A DNA stretch of 64,000 bases from Takakia lepidozioides (Eukaryota; Plantae; Bryophyta), in NCBI GenBank assembly GCA_030704615.1, contig CM060732.1, forward strand, positions 13,454,001 through 13,518,000, in the 5' to 3' direction. Positions 53,549-64,000 of this stretch are shown piece by piece. The notes beneath the pieces were generated by a model that had not been told where the DNA came from, ran no database searches, and saw only the letters and a list, made by a program, of their open reading frames with translations. Each line of letters begins with the position of its first letter. Position 1 is the first letter of the stretch. The position numbers were made by a program, and so were the translations under genes.

Positions 53549-55453
53549 ATGAAGCGTGCCTACAAACTACGTATCCTCGCTCATCCCTTGGGGTCTTTTT
53601 TTTCATGGTTCGCAACATGTATCGGCACTATACACTTGCTACCCTCATTTGGCAATGCACGTTATCTTGCCATTTGTGATCATCTTCTTCTTTTCTCTGG
53701 CTATGCTGGCCTCATCCATGTATTTGCGAATATCTGCAATGCAGCGAAATGCAAGATCCGTTGTGGCGTCCTGCTATCTGCAGTGTTTGCAAAGTATAGG
53801 TAACGCACATATCGTGCTATGTAGAAGCCTGTAGCTTTTGCAGCTCGAGTCCCTGAAGCTAGAGTATTAGAAACAGATAGTCGACCTTGACAAGGAGGTG
53901 GCAGAGGAGTTTGTGGCTCACACATCGGATGTCAATTGCCTCAAAATTGGGAAGAAGTCATCCAGGGTGCTGGTCACTGGAGGCGAGGATCACAAAGTCA
54001 ATATGTGGGCCATTGGCAAGCCAAATGCTATCCTGGTAGGTTTGCTTTCTCTTTTTCCTTCCATCAAACTGCTGATCTTCTGGGGTTTTTCCATGAAGTC
54101 TACTGGGTAGTTTTGTAGGTGCCACACCAAAGCAGTAAGGCAACAAAGGTTTCCTGTTACATCAACTTCCAAATTTTGTCTTTGGTTGCACTTTGGAGGT
54201 GTAGTGGGCAAAGGACTTGGCTGTCAATTAGGTGAAGATGAGTTCTAGTTATTTACTGAAGTGCTGGAAAGTCGGGATATCACAAGTGTTGAAGAGTTCA
54301 GTATCCAGTCGACCTAACTATCTCTCTATGACTCATCAAACGTGATTCTTATGCATTGATCAGCACGGTCATTTTGGTTGAAGCTGATGACTCATCAGTT
54401 TCATGATTATCAAATATCACCATCTGCAGAGTTTGTCAGGCCATTCAAGTGCTGTGGAGTCTGTCACATTCGATGCAGCAGAAGTTCTTGTCGTTGCAGG
54501 GGCTGCCAGTGGAACCATCAAACTCTGGGACCTTGAGGAAGCTAAAAGTAATCTGATCTGTACCCTTGCGTCTAGCTGACTTTATGACTCTCAACCTTCC
54601 CATTTTCAGTCTATGACAAGCTGTAGGGATTCAGTGTTGTAGAAGAGTGCATTTGCGCTTCACTTAATCTGCTAGTGAAGCCATTTGTACCATAATTGGT
54701 GCCCTGACAAAGAATGTGTCTGGATGGTTTTTGCAGTTGTACGCACCCTCACAGGTCATCGATCCAACTGCGTAGCTGTGGACTTCCACCCCTTTGGAGA
54801 ATTCTTTGCTTCTGGATCTCTGGATACTAACCTCAAAATCTGGGACATAAGACGAAAGGGATGCATTCACACTTACAAGGGGCACACTCGAGGTGTCAAC
54901 TCGATCAAATTTAGTCCTGATGGTCGCTGGGTTGTTTCCGGTGGAGAAGACAACGTAGTTAAAGTGCGCTCTCAACTATGCTATAATACCGTATTGAGAA
55001 CTCTTTGTTTATTGGGGTTCCACTTTTAAATAGTTATGGCACCTTTGGCATCCAACCTTAATGGATCCTACTGGTGTCTTGACACAACGCAAGAGTGCTT
55101 AACAGAAAAATTTCTTTTTTCATGTAACATGAGCATGCTACTTGACTAGGAAGCCTACTCATAAATTCATAACTTCGTGTCAGTCAGTTTGTTGTACAGT
55201 TTTAACATGGCGATGAGTTCACTTAAGAATAAGCTCTGATTATTGCTAAACCTTAAGCAAAACAGTCACTCCAGTCAGAAGATACGCTTCTATGAAACAC
55301 GCTCTTTGTACAGCAGTAAATAGCTATTTTACTTTATAGCTTGTAGTTTCAAGCTTAGAACCAGAATCCTAGGTAGGTTAAGTATGCATGCTCCTGTTGC
55401 TTGCACTCTAGCCAGAGCTGGGTGATCACCTGAGTCACATCTCCAATTCCTTG

Positions 55454-55484
<31 letters not shown>

Positions 55485-58400
55485 AGTTTTGCATTCTGTC
55501 CTTAAGCTCCCGACGAGATGAATTCAAGGTCAGATGGTGGGGTCAGCTGCAACATATGCCCAACACCAGATATCCTAAGTTAATCGACTCTATATCTTGG
55601 AAACAAGACCGCCCTGTCAAACAGGCTAAGTCCTGGCAGAAGAGAGTAGAAGAGATCCTCAAGGACCTGGACCTGGATCCGCAAGTCTTGACCCTGCTGG
55701 ATAAATCTGACTTAGAGGCTGTAGTGTCCTCAGCCATGTCTGTTGCCATGAGATTGTCTGATGAAAATGAAGTTAGGCAGAAAACTTCCCTGAACTTGTT
55801 TCCAGTCTGTGACATGGGGGAGGACATCTTGGATGACCTCAAGGGTCTACCCACTCTCGGCACTAGACTGAAATTTAAACTCAGGGCAGGAAGCCTACCT
55901 TTGAACAGCAAACAGAAGCAGAGAGGAAAGGGAGAGTGCAATTGCCCGTTGTGTGGGCAATCTGAAGACAGTATTCATTTTCTGATACACTGTCCGGGGT
56001 TCTCTCACCAAAGAGACGCTTTCTTCAAATCTATCAAGGGAATTGTGCCTGTACCCCTGTTTACCAACTTTGAAAGTCTCGAGGCTGAGCCAAAAGCCCA
56101 GGCCCTCCTGAGGCCTAGTTTTTGGGCAAATCACACACAGCAGATTGATGCTTGTGTGAAGGGATTTCTAGAGGATATCTGGAAAACCCGGATTAATTCT
56201 ATATATGAAGGTAAGTCTTACTACCAACGTCAGCCCCTGACAGAGGTAGGTTCTGTCCCTTTTGTTCCCGCTCAAACTGGGCGCGGGGTCAATGGCCACA
56301 AGGCTACGGCAAACAACGTCTTATGAGTACAATCTCTCTCTCTCTCTCTCTCCTTGCCGCTCATAACTCTGGAATGACCTTCCTAGTTTAGGGGTCTGAG
56401 AAATAGGAAATTGACTGCATGATGTCATGTATGGCAGTTATGGGATTTAACAGCGGGGAAGCTTATGCATGACTTCAAACATCACGATGGTCAGATCCAG
56501 TGTCTCGACTTCCATCCACATGAATTTCTTCTGGCCACAGGTAATGGTGCTTTCTCCCCTTGAGGTGTAATGATATACTAACCTTTGGGATGCAAATGTT
56601 TCTTGGTAGGCAGGCATGTGAAGGGAATGCAGCCGCTGGTTAACTTTCCTCAGCAGCAAGCCGACCTAAGCCACACTTAACTCACATTTTCCTGGTATCC
56701 AGGAGGTTTGACAGAATGTCTATAGACCCGCATGGGGTGCCCCATTTTGAGCATGCAATATATCTAAGTCTGTCACTTTTTTTGGTCACATTGGACTTCG
56801 ACATATAGGACTGTTATGCCACTGATAAAGCATCTATGCCATTAAATTTGGGTTCACATTTGTAGCTAGGTATAAGTCTCCGGGGGTATCTGCGCTTGAC
56901 CTCTCTACTGCTAGGATGTGATCTTCCATACTAGAGTATGAAAGGTATTGGTGCAGACAGTAACTAACTTATTTTTGTCCCTTAACTGCTTGTCAAGCAG
57001 AGCCTAGTTGGAGAAATGGATCAATCTGGTACGCTTATTTGAAATGATGTTGTAGAATGATGTATACCTTGTTCTGAATAGAGCTGGTCCTTTTTGGTCA
57101 CTTGCAGGTGCTGCAGATAGGACTGTCAAATTTTGGGATCTTGAAACTTTTGAGCTCATTGGCTCAGCTGGACCAGAGGTAACCAAAGTGAACTGTGTCA
57201 CTATGTGTCAGCATGCAACTTGCTGAGTATCAGCTAACCATGACGTTTACCACTGCCTGGCAGGTTTTGCATGTAGTGATTTCATTTGTTGCCCATATCA
57301 ATCTTGTGACCATATGAAGTACAACCCTTTTGGTGTGCTTGAGAATAGTTCTCTTTTGGGGAATTTTAGAGATTGTTACACAACATCCCTCCTGTGTATG
57401 TTAAACTCTACATGTCGGGTTTTTGTGTATGTGTTTGGCTGTGATTTCCTAGCATATGTGCTCAGTACATGAAATTAATATTAGAAAAACAGGATATGCA
57501 AGGTTGGAGATTTGTTTTTATTTACTGGTTCCTTTCTTGAATTAACATTGTGTAGGTCACTGGAGTGCGTTCGATGGTTTTCAATCCTGATGGTCGAACT
57601 TTGCTTTCGGCAATGCATGATAGTCTGAAGGTGAGAGTGTGTGTGTACCTTTACACACCAGGAAACTCCAATTTTTTAGCTGAGCTTATGTATGACTAGT
57701 GACTGTAATATTATGCTTTTCTATCATGTTGAGAGGTAGTACCGCCAAACAAAGCATGTATCAGTCATCCCAATTTTGTTCATTGCCTGATGATTACCCT
57801 CAAGATCCCTCCTACAGCTGTTAAGTAGGCACACGATAAGATCCTGAGATGTGTGGGAGGGCCTGGCAGGTTCTGTCATGGGAACCATTAAGATGTCACG
57901 ATGTAGTGGATGTCGGCTGGCACAAGTTGGCTGATCTCTGCATACATGAAGGGAAGCTGCTGGGGTGCTCCTACAATCAAAGCTGCGTGGGTGTTTGGGT
58001 GGTGGATCTTTCGGTATGAAAGATGCATCTGCTTCCTCTGCACTGGTCTACTTGCTACAGTTGAATGGAAGTTCTTAAAAAGCTCCTCAAAATTTACCCC
58101 ACTTGTGATTCTAGTCTGTGCAACTTTAATATCCCCACTGACCTTGTTAATATGTTTATTGCAGCGTGTTGCTCCATATCAAGCTGGAAATGCAGGTCGA
58201 GCTGGGAGCATCATAGGTGCCAAGTTTGGAGCCAATGGGCATCAATCAGGTCAGCAAATGAGTACTGCAAGCATGAAGAGTGACACAGTTACTTGTGGCC
58301 TTCCACAGATGATGGAAATGGCCATGAAGGGTGTGAAACTGGCTCCTTCCAGCAAGAGTAAGCTGTCATGTCTCATGATCCTTGTGGAGTTGGATTTTGG

Positions 58401-61400
58401 GTGTTTTATGGGTGTACTCTCTATCTTTTTTAGTTGTTGAGAGGGAAGATATGATCGTTTCAATGCTGAATCCCTCATTGGAGTTTGTACACTCTGGTTG
58501 GGAGAATCATACACACTAACTGAAGATCAAGATAAGGGTGACCTGATCTTGAATTGCAAGCTTGGATTCCACTCACTTTGAAGGCCCTTGGGAGCAGCTG
58601 CAGAGAGTGAGGCTCCACTGCAGCGTGCAGGGACACCGATAGGCAGCAGAGGAACTGCACCCATCACCACTTCAGCACCTGCTACCCCTGTGACACCACG
58701 TAGAAGCGGTTTGACAACACCCAAGGCTCCAGCCATGAACACTGTGTCCCGGGTTGTGAGAGCTGATGCAATACCAGCCACTCCAAGGTCTGGTGCAGAT
58801 CCAGGTTCTGCTCGGCATGCTGCAGATGATAGCAGGTCAGCCTTAGGTGTTGGAGTAGGATCAGCTACAAAGTCAGATGAGCACAATACAGAGTGCCTGC
58901 AAAGTGATGCTGGAGCAGATACCCGTAGGATAGACGTTACGAGGCATGGCGAGGTTGCGGGGTCAGCTCAACGAAGCTCAAATGGTGCTGACAGAAGTAT
59001 ACTTGACTCAACCTTTCAGTGGTCAGACAAGCCTAGCTGTGACACAGGGGGGGCTACTGGAGAGGAGGATAGTAGTTGGAATGGGTCCAGAAGTTTCAGA
59101 CGCAGTGCCTCTTTTGGAGTTCAGGGGGATGTGGTACAAGGAGGATCTCTTTCTCAGTCCTTTACAGGTCTGCACTAACAACTGGGTACTGCTGATTTCT
59201 TGCACTTTAGCCAACCTCTTTTACAGGCACTTGGAGTTCTAGTTGTTTCCTTCATATGGATGGGTTGAAATGTCTGAGAGGCTCATTTCTTTGAGTCAAG
59301 CATCCTGTATTGTCTTTGCCTGGGAGGGGATACTGTGGTGTGCTTGAAGAGGCAAGGATAAATGCAGCATGAACCAATGTTGGTGTTGCAATACGTGGAT
59401 CACAGATGACATGGCTTGTCCTCAACTAGGGAGACACATGACAGGAACGGAGGCTTCTACAACAGGTAGCAACAGACGATACATGCAGTACACGTTCATT
59501 ATGATGGTTTTGGGAGACGTAAATTTGGAACAAAGGATGACACCCTCAATCTATATTTTCGAGTTCTTTAGGACACCTAAAAACTACAGTAGACTGTTGA
59601 AAACGTATGTTTCCCAGCATTTATGCAATCAGCTCAATGATGAAAGCTCTTGGTACTGCATTGTGGTAAATAGTGCAGCTGGCAGAACATGTAGAGCCCG
59701 TACGCCTCGCATGGGTCATGTTTGGATAGCTGATTTGTACAAATACTCTTGCTCTCGCTTAGCTCTTAGATCATAGAGGCTAAGAAGGGGCACATGTTCC
59801 ACAACAATGCTCAGGCGAGAGGAGCCCATCCAACTTTTGGGAACCTGGAGAGCATCATCCTTTCCGCATCTCTTTCAGTCTCCTTCTGCACTACAGATTC
59901 CTGCTGCTTCATTCTCAATTATCAGGAGAGAGCTTAATAGCTCAGTGGTATTCTATCACAGGGACAATTTCCAATCACGAGGATGTTTGATGTATCTGTG
60001 CAGCATTTTACTTCTTTTTACCTTATGGTAACATAGGCCAAAGTGGCTAAGGAGGGTATGCAGGATTCAGGCCACCTTGCAAGCATCATATTCGGACACA
60101 AAAGAAACATACTATAGCTGAATGCTGAAGCAGACTGTCTCTATCATTTGATGTCTATTAATGTGCTCGATCAGAAGACTTCTTAGAAAGTCATTTGTAT
60201 GTCCCTTTTCAGCTGTCACCTGAGCCTGTAGTCTGTAAATCTTGTACACTGTCTTGTTGATCTGCTTTTGTAGAGTATATTATGGGCATGACTGTGTTGA
60301 AAATGTCTACTTCTCCATTATCCTGGTGACAGCTTTCTTCTAAATGTTTGGTAGGTCGTGTTGACGCTGGAAGAAGAAAAGCTTTACTGGCACAATGGGA
60401 AAGAAAGGACAGACCCAGTTCTGTGGAGGAGAGGAAAGAGAGGCCAAGTCTCCTCAGTGAGAGGAAAGACAGGCCAAGTTTCCTGGAGGAAAGGAAACAG
60501 AGGCCCAATTTTCTGGAGGAGAGAAAAGAGAGGTCAAGGTTTTTTGAAGAAATTCCAAGTTTTTTGGAAGCACCCCACATGTCTTCCAATGGTGCAGTGA
60601 AGACACTTGGGTTGGATATCAACTCATTCGTTCCGGTATGTTTTCAATTTAACCTCTTTATCTCTTGGCATGGTGGGAAATTGTCTTGAGTGATACACAA
60701 TTTTGATCCAATTGCCAAGTATAAGACTCAGGACAAGAGGGATGGGTGGGAATACCAGATTATTTTCTTTTGGTAAGGTCACCCTCATGTGCATACAGTT
60801 TGCTGTGCTGTCATTAGTACGTTCTACCACAAGCAGAAAGAGATGAGCATTTGAGCTCAGCTTAGGGTTCATTATAGTTCAACAATGATGTGTGGTCTCT
60901 GCGAAATATGAGAATTTAAGCAACATGCAGAAAGGTCAAAGGCGCTGCAGCTACGCATTTGATAGAAGGGCTCTCTTTTGTTGCTTTGAGCTCCTTCAGA
61001 TCTGCTATGCTGCAAACAAGTAACCTGTAAGAGTTAGCGGAGGAATTGTCGTCACACACTCTGTTCCCAATGTCATTTGAAGTGATCTCTGCTCTTGTGG
61101 CACATCTTTATTTTTTTGTTATGATTCAGTCTGTTGATATTTGTGGATTCTCTGCTGGATTTAGTGCTTCACAAGTAGGTGGTATCACAAGATTTTGCCT
61201 CCATTTTTTCAAATGGTGTGTATGTCTGTGTGCCTGTTTGTTGGAAAGTGCAGAAAGGTAGTCACATCACATCAGAGAGAGCAGGGGCAGCAGTGAAACA
61301 TGACACAGAGGTTATTTAGGAGCTGATGAGACAGCACCATACCATGGCCAGCATCATGCAATCCCGTCTCACTAACATGCAGGTGTTCTCTCATCCCATA

Positions 61401-63875
61401 AGAAGCTTTAGCAGGGTATAGCTTTAGTCAGCTGCTTCTGGTGGAGTCATAGTTGATGGCCAGCGGTGGATTCCTCTTTGCATAAGAGTAGATCAATCAG
61501 GTCAATCACTCTCTATAGGTACTCCGGGAAGATTCTGGAATTTAAATGGTTGTTGGTGGAATGCAGAAGTGGTTACAAGAGGTTATTATTTCCTTAAAAA
61601 TTGTATTTGTAGTTTATTGACTTTGATTTTCTCCATGGCATCTTAGTACGCCTTATCAAAGTAACATCAGGGTTGAAACTGGGGGTGAAATTTACTGTCA
61701 TATAGATGCAGTAATGGTAGGAGACTTGACGGTTGCATAAGGGTGAATGCTTTATAAAGACTAACAGGGAAAATTTAATGTTTGCTGTTTGGACGTTGTA
61801 GCTTGGAGCTAATGTGCTGAGTGTGTGGGATACTATTCTCTGCGTAACCTGGTGATACCTTTGAAATGAAATTCAAGATGATAGTTCAGTGCTCCCACAT
61901 CTAACTGCAAGCTGGACTGCAATGTATTGCAGGTGGTCAGACGATTTTGGACCAAAAATGACGTGAAAGGTGCAGTCGAAGCAATGAAGAAGATGACAGA
62001 TCATTCTGTGAGTAGTGTTTTCCAACATTGTTGGAGTGCTGCTGTCCATGTACTTGATTCATCGAGTTCTTTCAATGTTTTGTCACTTCATCCTAAGGCC
62101 CGACAAGCAAACTGTTTCCTGTTCTGGCATCCACAAGCTTCCATCGGATCATTAATGAGAATGGCCTGACACGTACATAGCAGTTTATTCAAGGGACTCT
62201 AATGGCATGTCATGCTTGTTATGCTGGCTTGCATAATTGTGATTGTTCAATGCTGGTTGATCTGCAGGTGCTGGTTGATGTGCTCACGGTCTTGATGGAC
62301 AAGAGTGACATCTTAACATTGGAGATCTGTGCAATGCTTATTCCACTCTTGAACGGATTGCTGACGAGTGACAATGACAGGTACTTCTACTACTTGAGTT
62401 TGTGGTGGTGTTGATCCCTTAAATATCCTTTGGGACTGAATTAGTCCTTTAGAGGTCCCAAGTGGCTGTAACTACTCCAATCTTCATGAAATTGTCTCAG
62501 ATAGTTTACAAGAACCGGTTGGAGCTTTAATGCATTAGCACAACAAACAAGTCTAGCAGTAAGAAGTTTCCTGATTGGAGGCTAGATACCACAAAGAATA
62601 AATTTGAGTGACGAGATCAGCCCAAATCTTGAAATTTTTTGGTACCCAGAACTATAATAATCTTTGTTCCCATTTGCGGCTCTTGTTATAAAGAGGTGTG
62701 AGAATTTGAGTAGTTTGTTGGATAGGAATTTATAATAAATAAATTTCCTTATGAACCTATAAAAATCTGTTAGAAAATAGGGGGAGTTTTTCCATAGTAT
62801 CAAGGTCATGTGGAACCGTTTTCACATTGAAATCCAAGTTTCATCTCTCTATCTTTAGGCTTAGAAACCATGGGCTTACGCACTCATTTGAGCCTACCTT
62901 TCGGGGGCTCTGGCTCGTCTCGACAAAACACAACTGTGAAGTGGTTTACCCCAGTACAGTTGGAATGTCGAGCTTGTCCTAGAATGTAGAACAACTTGCA
63001 GTGAACTAAGCAGGGTAGATGGGGTTCGCAGGAATCTTATTACGGCACTTTCGCTGCTTTCAAAGCTTGTCAATACCTTTGGGCCTGTTATCCATGTCAC
63101 ACGTGCTTCATCACCTTCGCTGGGTGTAGACCTTCAAGCAGAGCAACGGTATGGCCCCAGGTCCTTGGTTCCAATGTCAATTTCACATGCCAACACTATG
63201 GGATAGTTCTTACTAAGAATGGCGTCAGGGAACTTTCATGCATGACTTGCACTGACATGATTGATCAACCACAATGCAACCATTCCTACCGCAATTGCTT
63301 GAATTTTCACCTGTTAACATGGAATCAGTGTGGAGCTACATATGTGGACATGAGCCGCCTATGAATGCTGGGTTATATATAACCTGTTTGAGCTAAGGAG
63401 CTGGTTCCATCATCTGAAGCTTTCATACTGAGTTCAACCAACAGGGGCAGACAGTTGTTGAATATTGACAATCCTTTATGCTAGAATACTGCAAGCTGAG
63501 CTGTAAGTATGTCCAGGAGCAGTCCCAGAGAAGACATGGAGAAAACATGATAGCATGGCATTAGTAGCAGAAACTTAGTTGGAAAGATCTGTTTTGAGGG
63601 GTTAAATGGATTTTAGTGGATCACGTAAGTTCCTTAAATGGGGCATAAGGCTGAGATGATGAAGGGGTAAATGTGCACCTTGATATGGTTTTGCGTCAAC
63701 TCTGTATTGGCTGTCTAGTCATGGTGGATCAGAGTCTTGTAGTTGCCAACCTCTGTGCCTAGCAGGCAGGATTCAGTGCTATGACTTGCTGGTGCCCATC
63801 TCGCAGGCTGGAGCGGTGCAACCTTTGTTATCATGAGTTGCAAGCAGCAGGCCATAGCTTACTACCCCTCTTGAG
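53549..63875 (+). CDS. KTN80: Katanin p80 WD40 repeat-containing subunit B1; multi-exon, last exon beyond the window
   Basis: [119 protein letters not shown], and the con80 domain ([42 protein letters not shown]). Confidence 0.93.
55481..56332 (+). mobile_element. 5'-truncated non-LTR retrotransposon (RTE/RTEX-like C-terminus with zinc finger) flanked by (CT)n, in a katanin intron
   Basis: Uninterrupted ORF with [10 protein letters not shown]...[17 protein letters not shown]; (CT)n on both sides (55454-55480, 56333-56352). Confidence 0.75.
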
Positions 63876-64000
63876 GTACTGTCTCCAGCTTGCGCTTTGC
63901 TTCTTCTTTGCTTCCTCTCCAGCTCACCTTGTTGACCATCCAATTGCCACTGTGGGCACTGATGGTATACCACATAGCTCGTCATGTTGTCATTGGTTGA

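Overview
Eukaryotic, intron-rich DNA from a land plant; a non-seed plant is likely from the TE families, but this is inference. Three ordinary multi-exon host genes are present: plastid FtsHi1/ARC1 (minus strand, runs off the left edge), the SET-domain gene ATXR2/SDG36 (7.2-14.0 kb) and katanin p80 WD40 subunit B1 (53.5 kb, runs off the right edge). Between them lies a ~38-kb nest of transposons. The main result is a 12,327-bp Mutator-like DNA transposon (23489-35815) with short imperfect TIRs and an exact 9-bp TSD (CGTTTTTGG). It encodes a GCM/WRKY-like zinc finger-DDE-SWIM transposase. Divergently it carries an intron-containing cargo gene that fuses a ParB/Srx-like domain (VWDGNHR) to a prokaryotic-type beta-class amino (N4C/N6A) DNA methyltransferase fold with a deviant DIPDG motif IV. 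Its non-coding regions hold arrays of a GGCGCC-centred palindrome. The element is inserted in the transposase of an older relative. A truncated third relative carrying a diverged ParB-MTase gene lies at ~15.5-20.2 kb. Also present: a full-length chromoviral Ty3/gypsy element (40340-47323, 5-bp TSD) with a candidate kissing-loop RNA structure, an RLE-type non-LTR fragment, a putative long LTR containing two F-box-like repeats, (CT)n-associated LINE fragments and several tandem arrays. Most TE ORFs are disrupted, and some frameshifts may be assembly errors. All domain calls come from motif recognition by eye; no database searches were run.
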